A stretch of 63,531 nt of DNA, the filler included, from Reticulomyxa filosa (lineage: Eukaryota > Protista > Foraminifera): NCBI GenBank assembly GCA_000512085.1. It is 20 parts of 20 records of this genome, joined end to end, with 100 filler letters (N's around TTAATTAATTAA, not from the genome) between each part and the next. Parts side by side here need not be neighbours in the genome. Positions count along the whole stretch, not along the records: positions 32,815 to 36,384 come from ASPP01004822.1; positions 36,485 to 40,039 come from ASPP01009371.1; positions 40,140 to 45,716 come from ASPP01009947.1; positions 45,817 to 47,444 come from ASPP01022215.1; positions 47,545 to 50,091 come from ASPP01022114.1; positions 50,192 to 52,776 come from ASPP01012719.1; 14 more parts are not named here. One strand, given 5' to 3'. Position numbers and translations under genes: made by a program. Shown one piece after another: positions 36,311 through 50,237 of this stretch; position 1 is the first letter of the stretch; every line of letters starts with the position of its first letter. The notes beneath the pieces were generated by a model, which saw only the letters and a list, made by a program, of their open reading frames with translations, ran no database searches and had not been told where the DNA came from.

Positions 36311-36524
36311 CTTATTTTACAAAAAAAAAAAAAAAAAAAAAAGATGTACAAGCTAATTGAAATAATCACACGCAAAAAAAAAAANNNNNNNNNNNNNNNN
36401 NNNNNNNNNNNNNNNNNNNNNNNNNNNNTTAATTAATTAANNNNNNNNNNNNNNNNNNNNNNNNNNNNNNNNNNNNNNNNNNNNCCCCTTTTTTTTTTTT
36501 TTTTTTTGCATTCGAACATACACA

Positions 36525-37033
36525 GTGTAGTAAATGCGGTAACATAGATGCTCGATATCTTAAGCGAAAATGGGGCGGTGCTGAACACGCGCGACATAAC
36601 GATTTTGTGCCAGGCCATGCTGGACAACATGGACGAGCAGCACAACGCAAAGGAGATAGAAAAGGCGCAACGAATGAAACGACGAACGACGAAAGAGACG
36701 CAGTTTCAAAAGCGAAGAGGATTCGACGTGAAAGAGATGCAGCAGATACGACACAAAGTGCTATCCAAGCAATTCCACAAAAAGAACAGCAAGAATAAGC
36801 GGAAGCAATCCAATAATCGTCCGATCGTCACATCTGCGACCCAACCAAACAAAGCAGTGTCATTTGTTGGCAATGATATCACACACAAAGAAATAAACAG
36901 GAACATTGAGACAATCCGAGAATCGGGTGAAATCGACATTGATGATATTGGAGATGAGCTCGACTACAACGACATCGAAGAGGAATCAATCCCCGAGGAG
37001 CTGTACATACCTTCTTTCAATCACGATGACTTC

Positions 37034-37075
<42 letters not shown>

Positions 37076-40039
37076 AAGAAGAAGAAGAAGAAGAAGGAGG
37101 AGGAAGAAAAAGAACAGACACATTCTGCGGGAAAGCGCAATCTTTCACCAAGACCGTTGTCTACGGATCACAATAAATACAAGTTGCGACAAGAGATGTT
37201 GGTGAGTCAAGTGAGTCAGTCAATCTTCATTGCGACCAATTCATCCAGTCCGCGATATTACTTGCGTCGTCGAAAGAATCACGAAGCATTGCCTACGCCT
37301 ACGTTATTAGGTACGTCTGTGCAATCGAAGCCGTCGCCTGCTCTGGCAACCAACAACAGTAGTTCCAGTCCTGTGGAATGGGGAGGCGAGGAAAAGAAAT
37401 ACGAAAGCGGAATCGACACAGGTTCGCCAAGAGATGACGAGTCAATCCAAATAGACATGGCTGATCCCTTTGATCTCCCACCGACGATTGACATCGGTTC
37501 TTCACCGAGAATAATCGGTATGCGCACTATGGCATCCGAGTCCCCTGTTCCACGAGCTATGTTTGGAAGGGACAAAGAAAAAGAAAAAGAAAAAGAAAAA
37601 GAAAAAGAAAAAGATAAAGATAAAGATAAAGACAAAGATAGAGATAATGAAAATAATGCCAAGTCTTCTCCAGTGTTCAACCTGGTCAAGACCCCTCGTG
37701 TTTTAAAAAGGGGTACCTTTCGCTCGTCTTCCAAACTGAACGAGGAAGCTCTCGGCCCTGGATTCCCTCCTGGGATCATAAGCAAAGCAGTGTCGGATTC
37801 GAACACGACCACTGGAGGAGGGATTGGCACAGACGACGAAAACATGGAGCGCACGCAAGAGGCCGAGGCCGTGGAGAACGCCGTCAAAGCGGTTCAAAAT
37901 GAAAAGGATACGTCGTTCTTCAAGGCCTTCAAACTGCTCACTTTGGCCAGCAAAATCAGAGACACGTTTTCATCGATCAAAACGGAAACACGCCCTTGCA
38001 TTTGCTTTGCAAGAGCAATCTCGAGGACAGATACGTGGCTGAGCGTTTCAAGTATCTCGAAAGTTACTGCGAAGAGTGGAAGTGTATGAAAAACAAAGAC
38101 GGCAAAATTCCTTTGCATTTTATTTTGGAATTGAAAAATGACGATTTGTTGGATGCTTTGCTAAGTTCTTCTTTTTTTTTTTTTTTTTTTTAAATGCATG
38201 TCCATATGCATGTGCATGCACGTTTGCATGTGTGCTCAAATGCAAAATGCAAATTGGATTGATCGATAATAAACTGTCAACGATAGGCAAAGGATATGAC
38301 CTCCGAAAACAAGTGGAAATAGTCATTGGCAACGACTTTGGAATTGTGTGCGTATTCGATTGGATATGCGAAGAGGCAGCGACCATCAACTCTCATCGGA
38401 AAAAGTATGGACTGCAATACCCACACACACGCGCGCAAAAGAAGGACATGGAACATCAAGAACGTGTCAAATCCCTGCTGTTCACATTTGGAATAAACTT
38501 GCGTCTCAGCAATGGCATGACTTTGTTCTCTTATGCCACCGAGTGGAGCAACAACGACGAGACGCTGTTAACTCTGCTGCAAAACGAATTTGGAGTGCAA
38601 GAGCCCTTTGCACGTACCTTACCGCGGATCACCAGCACACAGCAATTTGCCGAAAAAGCAGTCTCACGGATTACAATGATTTGGAAAGACCAAAGACAAG
38701 TGAGATTCCATCCCAAGTTTGACAATTTGGTGCCAATGATCAGCACAGAGTCTACGGAAGAGGAAGTTTTCCATTGGGGAAATTACTCTAAAAAAACTGA
38801 GCTTACATTGTTGGCAAACTCGATGCATATTTTAAAAATGTTTGAGGTTTGTGTCTTTTGTGTTATTTCTCACACATAATCCATATACATATATATATAT
38901 ATATATATATATGTATATGCATAGTCGGGAAATATTAGCGAGGCTCGTCAAAATTTAAAAGTAAATACCGCCGAACAGTTGGAAAAAAAAAGAATTGAAC
39001 TATTGCAAGTAGAGAGTGTTCGTGGCGCCAAACTGGAAATACAAGAAACGAAAGAAGCAGAGATAAAAAGAGATCAAAACGACTTGAACCTAACCTCTGC
39101 GAATCAAGACGGCGCAAACAACGAGCCGAGCATGTTTTTGAAAAGACAGCCGAGGATCAATGATGAGCCATCGCGTTTGAGCGAAGATCCTGGCTCCTTC
39201 AAGATCACCAAACCAAAAGTATCCAATTTGATCGAGATAATGCTGAAAGAGACCAGGACTCGATCCCTTGTCGATGACACACCCACGCACTCGAGTCTGA
39301 GACAAGCGAGCAATGCAAGTAAACATCGAAACATCACAGACTCCAGAAATTGGATTGACGTTGTCCATTTGACATTTGTGGAGTTGTTGTCATTATTCGA
39401 TTTTATCACAGACATATTGGTTTTTCTGTTGTTTGTCAAACTCCGAAATCCAATATGGGCAGGTTTTCTTTTATATTCATTACTTATGTATATTTATTAT
39501 CACTTATATATACATGTACATATATATGTATATATATATATATATTTTTTTTTTTTTTGCATAGAGATGACTCTCTTTTTGAGTACGTGATGCAACAGCA
39601 TATACAAAAAAAAAAAAAATAGGAATAATGATACTTTCCATAATCTCTCCTTATTTGGTTGCTTACACTGCGTTTGGGAGCTTGATCCAATACAGTCAAT
39701 TGCACAGCAATGAGTCCCAGGACCATGAAAGAACAAATGTGGAAGAAGGCCTGCTCCGTTTGGACAAAATATATGACCACAGGAACAATTTTCGACAAGC
39801 CATTCGCACTATCTTTGCGATTGGGTTGTTGACTCCATTTTCCATACTCTATTTCGTCCTCATCGACATTGTCTTTATGATTTTGCAAGTGTGTGAATTT
39901 CTTGTCAACATGATAACCTGTGGGAGATTTGGGAATCCTATCAAAGATTTATCGTCCACCATTTTGTACCAAATTTTGGGATTGACGCACATGCAAGTGA
40001 TTGGTTATCGCAGGTACTCAGAAATTTTTATTTTTATTT
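36525..40039 (+). CDS. Large protein with ankyrin-like repeats, low-complexity linkers and a C-terminal multi-TM region (partial)
   Basis: Ankyrin-like segments ENGAVLNTRD, NKDGKIPLHF and NGMTLFSYA. TM region LFDFITDILVFLLF...ILSIISPYLVAY. Frameshift near 37995. Confidence 0.55.
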
Positions 40040-40139
40040 NNNNNNNNNNNNNNNNNNNNNNNNNNNNNNNNNNNNNNNNNNNNTTAATTAATTAANNNNN
40101 NNNNNNNNNNNNNNNNNNNNNNNNNNNNNNNNNNNNNNN

Positions 40140-41910
40140 ACAACGAAGGCCGTGCAAAGCCAACGGCAAAGACACGCCAAGAAACATTGTTTGGAATGCT
40201 GCGGATTGGCAATAATGCGACGGGGACATTGGCAACAAAGACAGAGGAAACAAGCGAAAAGGAGACAGCTTTGGAGTGTCCGTCGTCGTCGTTATCGTCG
40301 AAGGAACCATTGCGAAATGGTCTTTTGCATTCCTCTTCTTCTTTGGTCATTGATTCGGCATCCCTTGGAACGACAAAGACTACCAAATCGAAAGTAGACT
40401 TGACAGAGTCCCAAGTGGCGGACAATGCCAATGGCAGCACAGCACAGACAACGGATGTGGAACATAAGGATAAGGATAAGGATAAAGACAAAGACAAAGA
40501 CAAAGACAAAGACGCGATGGAAGCAATGGCTTATGTCGACATGACGACGAGTTCCGATACTGTGCCAAAGATACCGGAACTGGAACACTTGACGTTCTCA
40601 GAGCTTCGTCGTGTTACTCTTCATACCGACGCCTTGCATTTTTTGCAGAAGGTGTATTTGATGGAAGACATGCTGTGGAAAATCCATGCCATTCACAAGT
40701 CCAAAAATGTCAAGTTCAATCCATGGACTCTGGTCCCTTCGTCACTCCCACGAACTTATGTTCGATTGCTTACGTATAACGCACCACTTAAAAGTACTTT
40801 TTTTTCCCATTGTTTTTTTTTTTTTTTTTTAGCCTCCCAAAAATAGTGTGCAAATATATTACACTACAAAAAGACACCCATTGTTGTTAAACGCAGACCC
40901 GCCGCCATTTATGCCCGATGAGACATACGTGGAGGAAACACAAAGGTTTCGCTTTTATGGCACTGGGTTATTAGTGATTGACGTTCAGGTCCAAACTCCG
41001 ACGATCACTTTTGGAAATTTTCTGCAAATCTGTCAAAAATTTGTAGTTTTGTTTTTTTTTTTTTAACTTATGTCTTTTTGTGTAATTGTTTCAGTCTTTC
41101 GTTCAAAAAAAAAAAAAAAAATGTATACGTAAATAATATAAACGAAATAGGTGCAAAAACCATCCAACACGCATCGACGAATGTGAACTGACCATTTTCT
41201 TAGCTTTGAATTGGACAAAATCGATACTACTGAAATCCATTATCGCCAGCAAAATAACGCAGGAATCAGGCGAGGGTATGGATATATGGATTGGCGAAGT
41301 CAAAAAAATATTTCCAGATCGGGTGGATGCAATTCCATTGGCTCCATCAGCCGCATCGACTGTATTGGCTCCAAAGACTGCCACTCCAATTGTCCCATCA
41401 CATCGTGCTGTCAGTTATTCAACATTGGAGTTTATGCATCGGTCGCCAGGTAAACTGGAACAGATGTGGGACCATGTTTTCAAACCCAAATTGCAATATT
41501 GCATAAAACACTGCTATCCCATTGAGGCTTGCCTAGCCAAATGTAGCTGTTGCCAACGGTGGCATAATCGCATCATGTCCGAGTGCGAGGACAATGCTTT
41601 TCAGGTCCGATTGAACCCCAATGGAACGCCCATCACAATGATGACCATCTTATTTGGAGAAGATTTCCATGCATTTCTTCTTGACTCTTGGCAAACACTG
41701 TCGAACTTTAATTTCAGATACTTTTTCATTTTGGCGATAGGGTCGCTTTTGCTTTCTGTTTTGATTTGGAAAATTTCCTTTCAACAACAGATCTGCACAT
41801 CGGTCATTCAACAAAACTCTTTGCTGGTAAAACAAAACCAAGAATTAGCTCAGCTTACTCATCATTTGGAAGAAATCCTTCATTCTTTGCATCGTCAAGA
41901 TCAAAAGTAA
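40140..41910 (+). CDS. VASt/StART-like sterol-transfer protein (GRAMD1/Aster/LAM family), C-terminal part
   Basis: NVKFNPW...RLLTY, VEETQRF...VIDVQVQTPTITFGNF and CELTIFLALNWTKSILLKSIIASK match the VASt pattern. Followed by one TM helix and a C-terminal coiled coil. Confidence 0.7.
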
Positions 41911-42713
41911 TGTTCTATTTTTAACTCATTACTATTAAATAATTCATCAATCATTTGTTTATGCTTTATCATGTGAACGAGTGACATAACCTCGTATTTC
42001 TTTTTTTTGTTTTGTTTTTAATTTTGTTTTTTTTTTTTAATTATTGGTAAAATTGGGAATAAAACAATATAATCTTTGCGTAAACAAAAAAAAAAAAAAA
42101 TTATGTGAGAGCGTTTTAATTTTTTTTTTTGACAGTCTTTGCAATGGCTTGAAGGTTCTGTTGAAACTCTCAATTGCTTCCACTAACCATAAAAACAATG
42201 ACTTGTGATAAAAAATGCGCTTGATTATTTGTTTGGGAAATATCTATATAAAGTTGTGACAGCATTAATAATTGCAAAAGAGATATACTCTTTTCAATAT
42301 ACCTTTTTTATGAAAAGAAAATAGTTTGTTGATTTTAGGTTGGGATAAAAGCAGTGTTAAGTTTATCCCTTCTCCAAAAACCAAACAAGTAAATTTTTTA
42401 CAAATGCTCTGCCGTTGAAATTTCCGGTAATTTCTTGGTTATAAATTTGTAAGACAATGGTTTTACATGCATACAACCTATTTATGAAATAGGCCTTTTC
42501 CCAATAAATAAAAAGCTTTTCATGAATTTTAGTTGACTTGATTTTTTCAATTCATGTCTTATTGTATTAACAATTTTCTAAACATACTTGTTCAATATGA
42601 GCCAAAGGTTATGCAAAATAAGAATACACACGTTTCAAACGTTCCGCTTGTAAATCTGTAGTTTTTTCCTAGTTTGGCAAAAAGTACAAAGGGTCTAGGG
42701 AGAAAATAAACAA

Positions 42714-43340
42714 ATGGGGATAAAGGATGAGATTAAAGAGCTTGCAAATCCAAGAGCGATTGTGGTTATTACAGTAGCTCAATTTTCTTTTACCATTACT
42801 TTTGCCTTGTCGACATGGGCTTTATGCTATTCATACAGGCCACTCTACAACCTTTACAAGAACAAACCAAGAATAATGAATCTTCATCGTAAGGCAGAGG
42901 CTATGATTCATTCTCACATTGTTAAACTATCCCCAGATATTAAAAGCAAAAATCTTGATTGGAGCCGTTTGGCAAGTAGTTTTGCTGAGGGCTGGATTTT
43001 TCGAAGAGCACTTTTGCCAATATGGTACCCTGCCTCGCTTGCATTTGGGGTATATGCAGGCAAGCAATTTATGAAATTTACTAAAGGTCCTCAAGTATTT
43101 GAAAGCGAGGAAGAAGAAAAAGAAGAAGGAGAAGAAGAAAAAGAAAAGGATTTATATGAACCAAGTGCAAGGCACACACAGAAAAGAAAAAATTGCTCAC
43201 AACATCAGAGCAATTGGAGAACTTTGACACTGACAAAACAGATACCTCATTTTTCCGAAGATCATTGGATGACACCGGTGATGATGATTCCATCACATTT
43301 GGGAAATACTAAGTCTGGCGTACACAATGTTTCCTTGTGA
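42714..43340 (+). CDS. Hypothetical single-exon membrane protein, weakly FAM210/DUF1279-like
   Basis: 208-aa ORF with two hydrophobic segments (FAEGWIFRRALLPIWYPASLAFG) and an acidic tail. Confidence 0.55.
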   Translation: MGIKDEIKELANPRAIVVITVAQFSFTITFALSTWALCYSYRPLYNLYKNKPRIMNLHRKAEAMIHSHIVKLSPDIKSKNLDWSRLASSFAEGWIFRRALLPIWYPASLAFGVYAGKQFMKFTKGPQVFESEEEEKEEGEEEKEKDLYEPSARHTQKRKNCSQHQSNWRTLTLTKQIPHFSEDHWMTPVMMIPSHLGNTKSGVHNVSL

Positions 43341-43921
43341 TGATTGGTTTCCGCTGCTCTTTTTTTTTTTTTGCTGGTTTTTGCTTTATTGGCCGAAGGC
43401 AAAAGAGAGACAAAGTAAGGTAAAGTAACCTCATTTTACACGTATAACTTGATTTGTTTAACTGCAGACCCAAGTTTTGTCTGAGCGTTTAACCTCCAAA
43501 GTTTCTTTAAAGTCTCAATGCCCCGTTTGTAACTCGGAATTAGAGAAAAAAAGACAGATTAAAAGTGTGAAAGAAGTTTAAAAGTGGACAAAAAAAACAA
43601 AACAGGAAACGTTTCCATCGTAAGAAACAAAGTGAAGAGATGAACAGGTGAAAATAAAAATAAAAATAATAAATCTTTTAAGATAATTTCCCCTGTATGC
43701 TTTTTTTTTTTGGTTGTTTAAATCATTATCGTGGACTTCTTTCACAAAATTTTGGATCATCGAACCGTGATTTGGTTTTTTTTTTTTTTCAAGTGACTAT
43801 TAAAAAAATCGATTCGACAATAAATTGGTTAGAAAAGAAGAAGAAGGAGAAAAAGACCAATCGATCGCGAAACGAGCAACAACTCGTGTAGATTGGTGGA
43901 AAGAGAAATAATCAGTTTAAT

Positions 43922-44920
43922 CTAATCGCTATCCTCGCCATCTTCATTATCAACGCCTCTCACATTAAAGGTATTTCCTTCTTCTCCTTCATCTCCGTCT
44001 TCGCCTTCTTCTTCTTCTTCTTCTTCGTCTTCCTCTTCCTCTTCTTCCTCTTCCTCTTCCTCCGTGGGTTCTTGTTTAATGTTCGTATGATGAGTTTGAC
44101 CATGGTGGTGTTCCTCGTCACTGTGTTGTATCTGTCGCGGATCAATCGTAGCTCGATGCACGGCCCCCATTTCATTTTCTTTGCCCTCTGGCAGTTCGGC
44201 CTCGTTATTGTTCTCATTGTCTGTGTCACTGTCGTCCTGATGAAAACGTGAGGACATTGATTTGTAAGGCTTGCTTGTGTTGCCGTTATTGCTATTATGG
44301 TAATGGTTGTCATTATCATTGTCATTATCATTGTCGTGATCGTCATGGTTGTGATAATTGCCATCATCGCTTTCGTTGTCATTCCCACTCAGACGTCTTC
44401 TGCCTGTTCGTTCGTCATTTATGTTATGATCGGCATTGCTCGATGATCGAGCTCTTGTCCCAGTCTCACGAGACACGTTTTCGTCGCTGTTTTCATCGTT
44501 TTCTGTTGCCATGTTTTTCAGTGCGTTCACTTTCTGGCAATCGTCGATCCATTCGCTGAATACATCAACTGGTTCTGATAGGTCTGTCAAGTTTTTTTTT
44601 TTTAAATGTGAACTTTTTTTTTTTTTGAATGAACTTTTTTTTTTTTTTTTAACGATTGATCATTGTCTCCCAATTTGTTTTGCATATTCGACATGCAATT
44701 TTCCCAATGCCTTTGCGCTTTTCTCTTTTATTTGTACACATTTTTTTTCGCTTTAATTTGCTTTTAAAAAAAAAAACATATAGTCAAAAAGGACAAAAAG
44801 ACAGTATTACAGTTTACACTCGACCGTCCCGGAATGATTGCAGAAGGGACAATCAAATATTTTGCTGACAGTTTGTTTGGATACTTTAATAACACGCTTT
44901 TTGCTTTTTCGTCGGCCCAT
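43922..44920 (-). CDS. ELF1: Transcription elongation factor Elf1/ELOF1 with a long acidic tail (3 exons)
   Basis: MGRRKSKK...FDCPFCNH, then GKIACRICKTNWETMIN, then HLSEPVDVFSEWIDDC: a complete Elf1 C4 zinc ribbon. Confidence 0.93.
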
Positions 44921-46723
44921 TGTTATAAATTCCAATACAAAGGATTTTTTATAAGTTTTTTTTTTTGGTTCAGTTTGTCTAATAAACATCAATTTTCACT
45001 TTCGAAAGTTTTTTCTCAAATAACATGAATATTTTTACCTTGCTGTTTCTTAAGTAACAAGTAAAGATATGTACATTTTCATCAAACGGCTAAAAAAACA
45101 CTTTTGCCAAATGCAAATGTCCTTAAAACAATAAAAGGAAAACCCCTAGCGACGGACTAGTTAGAACACTTTTAGTTTACTGAAAGGAAAAAGGGCTTAG
45201 AGTTTTTTAAATATTGTTACTAGTAGGCACTGGCTCTTGCTTGTCCATGTTGAATGTTTCAGTGAGTGAAGAATTTTTTCTTCAAGGAGAGGTTATCTAC
45301 ACTGCACAGACTCTCTTTCGAGACACAGGACCACAGTCACTGTTCAAAGTTTGGTTTGGAGACAATTCTAATGCACATTGGGAATCTTTGCTGAAACAAT
45401 GCGGTCACATAAAACCGCAGGTCGCCAGTCAACCCTGGAAAACGTGTGAAGTGAATCAAGTTTGACACAATTGTCTCGACTCTTTTTTTTCTTTTCTTTA
45501 TGCTAAAAGAAAAAGCATGCAACCAAAAAAAAAAAAAGGTTGGATAAAAGAAGAAAGGACAGTAGATATCAATTATGTTACCAATGGATTTTCATTTTTT
45601 CACAAAAAAAAGAGTTCCCTTTTGTTACGCCAAACCGTGTTATCATACAGCAAAAACGGTAGCCTATTTTATTTTATTTTGTTGGAACAAAAAAAAAAAA
45701 AAAAAAAAAAAAAAAANNNNNNNNNNNNNNNNNNNNNNNNNNNNNNNNNNNNNNNNNNNNTTAATTAATTAANNNNNNNNNNNNNNNNNNNNNNNNNNNN
45801 NNNNNNNNNNNNNNNNTTGAAAAAAATAATTGTTAAAATTTTTTAATATTATTTCATTTGTGGTTCTACAATTGTGATTCCAAAAACAGAAAATTGAAAA
45901 TTGTAATTGTTTTTTTGGAATAATCATTACTTTTTCTTGAGTAGTGACTTTTCTCTTCCAGAGAAAAAGTTTTCCCTTTTTAGAAAAAGTTCTTTTGGAC
46001 ATTACGAATGTGGTTTGGCTATTCTCTCTTCAAACAGCCTAACAAGCCAAACGTATATAACATGGAACTCGCTCTAGGATTGCTTCTCCAATGCACTCCT
46101 CTGCAAAAATACCGAAAAAAGAAGTCCTCATGCACCACTGCTATTGCTTTACAATCACGAAAAATCCACACAAAACACAATATACAATAATTTAGATGTT
46201 TTGATGACATTATGACTTTCATTGTCATCGTTGTTGGCCTCTTCTTCATTTCATCTTTTTTATCATTTTCATTCGTATATTTTTTTTAACTGTTGTTTTA
46301 CTATTCATATTTTTATCATTTTCTTCATCCTTTTCTTTTTCTTTATCGTCTTCTTGTCTTTCTGTTGTACATGTTATTCTTGTCATCTGTCCTACATGAT
46401 ACTAAGAGGATACTCTCGAGGCCTTTTTTGCCGAATAGTGGCAAGAATCAATTCTTATTTCGTGATTTGACTTAGTTTCATTTGTTACATATGCACGTAC
46501 ATCATAACATGAATTTTTTAATGCAATGTATATGCGAATGATAATTGTACGCAAATTTGATATTGCTTTTTGTTTTCTCTCTAAAAAAATTGCACATGAA
46601 ATAGATAAGTAAAATCGTCGAAACTCTATTGAATTTTAAGATAAGACTTGATATACAAACTATCGTACAAGTGATAAATCACTCTAGCACAACAGGGCAA
46701 ATTTTACCTAAAAAGTGTAAATA

Positions 46724-47444
46724 ATGGGAAATTCAAACAGATCCAGAGAACAACGAACAAAAAATACCAATGATATTCGAATATTATGTCTTGGAGATTC
46801 CTTGACAGCAGGATATTATAGAGACTCCATGCCACCGTTCGGAATCAAGCATTCGCCGTACGTGACAACGCTGCAACAACTTTGTGATGACGAGAAATTT
46901 TCGTGTGTTTGTGTCAATCATGGTATTGACGGGGACAGGTTAAATTACTTGCAACAACAAGGTGGTGAGCAGTGATATCTGTTATATCAACAAATAACTA
47001 AAACAAACAAATGCAGAGCAGTTAATATGAAAGGTCGCTTAGAAAAGTTATTTAGTGACGAAAGCAAATGGAATTTGGCAATAATATTAGCAGGAACAAA
47101 CGATTTAGCATTTGAGAGGGATTATAAAAAAATTTGTGATGCCTTGCTTGAAGTGCATCAAACGGCGTGGAAGCACAACTGTTATACAATTTCTATGACA
47201 GTCCCAGAAAGCGACGATGCCAATGAAAACAAACAATTTATTACACGCAGAAATTTAGTAAACGATTACATCAGATCAGAGATTAGCAATCGTAATAAAT
47301 ACCCATATGCCTTCGCTGTATTCGATTTGAATGTGAAAGTACCTTATAATAATTTTAAACATGACTATCTTACCAAAGATGACGTTTGGTCTTTTGATGG
47401 TTTCCACTTTGCACCTCAAGGGTATCAATTAATTGGCAGACTTT
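46724..47444 (+). CDS. SGNH/GDSL hydrolase (3'-truncated)
   Basis: Blocks GDSLTAG, NHGIDGD, AGTNDL and DGFHF. In-frame intron at 46939-47016. MGNS N-terminus suggests myristoylation. Confidence 0.9.
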
Positions 47445-47544
47445 NNNNNNNNNNNNNNNNNNNNNNNNNNNNNNNNNNNNNNNNNNNNTTAATTAATTAA
47501 NNNNNNNNNNNNNNNNNNNNNNNNNNNNNNNNNNNNNNNNNNNN

Positions 47545-47790
47545 AATTTCATTAGGACTGGTTTGTGAATTATTCAATTGAACAACACAATGTCCACTTA
47601 ATTGAATATCATTGGGATAAGAACAGATGTATTTGTATTGTTTTTTCAGAGTATGATACGAGTAACAGTCGTTAGTTTCATAGCCACCACAAATAAGAAG
47701 TTCTTCCTTGAACAAAATACATTGTGTTACTGTGAATGGTTTGGGTAATTCAGGAAAAGTTTGAAAGTAGTTGTTGACTCGAGTAGACAT
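47545..47790 (-). CDS. Kelch/beta-propeller family protein, 5' part
   Basis: FQTFPELPKPF..TQCILFKEELLICGGY...CYSYHTLKKQYKYICSYP..LSGHCVV. Confidence 0.75.
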
Positions 47791-50201
47791 GTTAGATGAG
47801 TTTTTTTTTTTTTTGTTTTTAAATTATTTATAATGACTCCTTCTTTTTTTTGTGGAAATGGATATTTGGATAAAAAACGATAAAGATGTTTTTTTAAAAA
47901 AATAATTATGTATTGATGTATAGTAATGAATTTTGGAATTTAGGATTGTTTCATTAGATGAATAATCATTCACGGATTTGTTAATTATTCTATTATTGCC
48001 ATTGGCTGCATTTATTGTATTATGATTCGTCATCACGTAATATTGACTTTTCTTATTTTTGTCAATGAAAAGTATTAATTGTGATGCAAAGATAATGACA
48101 ATCATATCATAAAAACTACAATATCAATTTTATTCCTTTTTAATAAGTAAATGGATTTATTGTATCATCAAAAATTAAAAATATAGTAATTATTATTGCC
48201 GTTGCTGTTATCTTGAACTGCCTCTCTTCTGTAGGGATTTGGCTCTTTGCTTCACCAAAGACTTTGTTTCATTCGATAATCGGTTCCACAGAATTTTCAA
48301 CGTTTTCATTTTTCTATCAATTGTAATGTATATTTCTTCACTATTCTCGTCTTTCATTGTTTATTTTCGATGCACGCACAGCCAATGATGAAGTCATCTC
48401 TATCACTACTTTCTCTTCACTTTTTCCACTCGTTTGTAATTCTCTTTTTTCTGTTGTTGTGAATGATTAGATTCATTTGGTTTTTTTTTTCCATTGCTTG
48501 AAACATAAATAGCAAGCAAATCACAAACTGGTAAAACTTTGGAGAAAGAACAAGTTTTTTGGGGAAACTGAATGTCTTTTTATTTGTTGAACACCCGTTT
48601 GACGTGGATAAAAGTTAAAAAAGTCACGTCGAATAACTGAAAAAAAAACAATATTTTGTTTGAATTTGTTGAATAAAAACTAGTTTTTTTGTCGCTTTAC
48701 AAAGGCGCAATACCTAAACAAATAAAAATCACAAAACTCATCATTTAGAAAACTTTCACACAAATGATTTGATACAAAATGTAAAGGCCAATTTTTAAAA
48801 AAATATATAAAGAAAAAGATTCGGCAGATATAGCCTACGTCATATTTACATCGTATTGTGGACAAGTACAGACTTAGTCTTATGATTTTTGTCATCACTA
48901 ATGACACCGTTTTAAAAATTAATTAAACTGAAATTATAATAAAATCTTTGTTGTTTTGTTGTAGTGTTATAGACTAACAAAAAATTCTAAGATGAGTTTG
49001 TGATAAGATTAAATTTTTAAATTATTTTATCAACTTCAAATACATAAGATGAGCGATTAATGTTTGAAATACAATATGTGAGAAATTATTTCATAAATTG
49101 ATTGTTTTCTTTTTCTCGATTTGAAGCTTAATGGATCACAAACTGTATAAAAAAATAATTCATGAGTAATTGAAAAAAAAAATGATTAATCTTTTGTGAG
49201 CAATGCCATTCACTTTGACAAACGACATATATCCTTTCATTTCTCTTGTATCACATTGAAGGGCAATGCATTTGTCTGTTTATCTCAATAGAGAATGTTG
49301 CAAGGATATTTTACAATGATTGGAAAAGTAGTGAAGAAGGAAGAGTTGGTGTATGTTAAAGTGTGATGAAGAGGAGACAGCCACTTGAGTTAAGAATCTC
49401 TTTCAATAAATGACGTCACTTTGAAAGAAAAGATTGTGAAGAAAAAGGCTATAATAATAATATTATAAATCTCTGCAAATGCTTTCTTACAATACCATGA
49501 TTTCCTGTTTGGAAAAGAAAAAAGGTAAACAAATATTGGAACAAGAAGAAACAATGAATATTAGTTCAAGATCTTTTCTATGTTACTAGTTTACTGGCTG
49601 ATTTCAAACATCATTGAGATTAGACTTTTTAAACATTACAAAAATAATTTTTTATAAAACTATGAAAAACAAATTGTCAATGATTGGATTTTCTTATTCA
49701 TACATTTTTGTTGCTGTATCTCTTTGATCTTCTTTGGTAGTACAATTACAATTAAGATAAAAGAAAAAAGTAACTCCAGTCAAGAATTTCCACTAAGGGA
49801 AGACAAAAGCATTAAATTAAATGTGACAATTGAACTTATACTTTTTTAAACTTTTTGATAAATTAAAGACATTACAGAGGAAAAAAATGGGACTAAAACC
49901 CTTTGAATTCCTTTCGTCTGAGATTATTTTAATTTGTTTGAAAAAAGAAAAAACAATCAATACATGAAAAACTAACATTTTGCAGAAAAATGTAAAGTTA
50001 AAATAATATAACCGAAAAGATGTTTAAAAAGGGAGTAGTTCCATTTTTTTTTTGTCGTCTTCACTAGTTTTGGAAAATGAACAGCAGACCANNNNNNNNN
50101 NNNNNNNNNNNNNNNNNNNNNNNNNNNNNNNNNNNTTAATTAATTAANNNNNNNNNNNNNNNNNNNNNNNNNNNNNNNNNNNNNNNNNNNNTTTTTTTTT
50201 T

Positions 50202-50236
<35 letters not shown>

Positions 50237-50237
<1 letters not shown>

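Noticed and set aside
48150-50091. Coding-like fragments
   Set aside because: Too degenerate to assign a frame or family.
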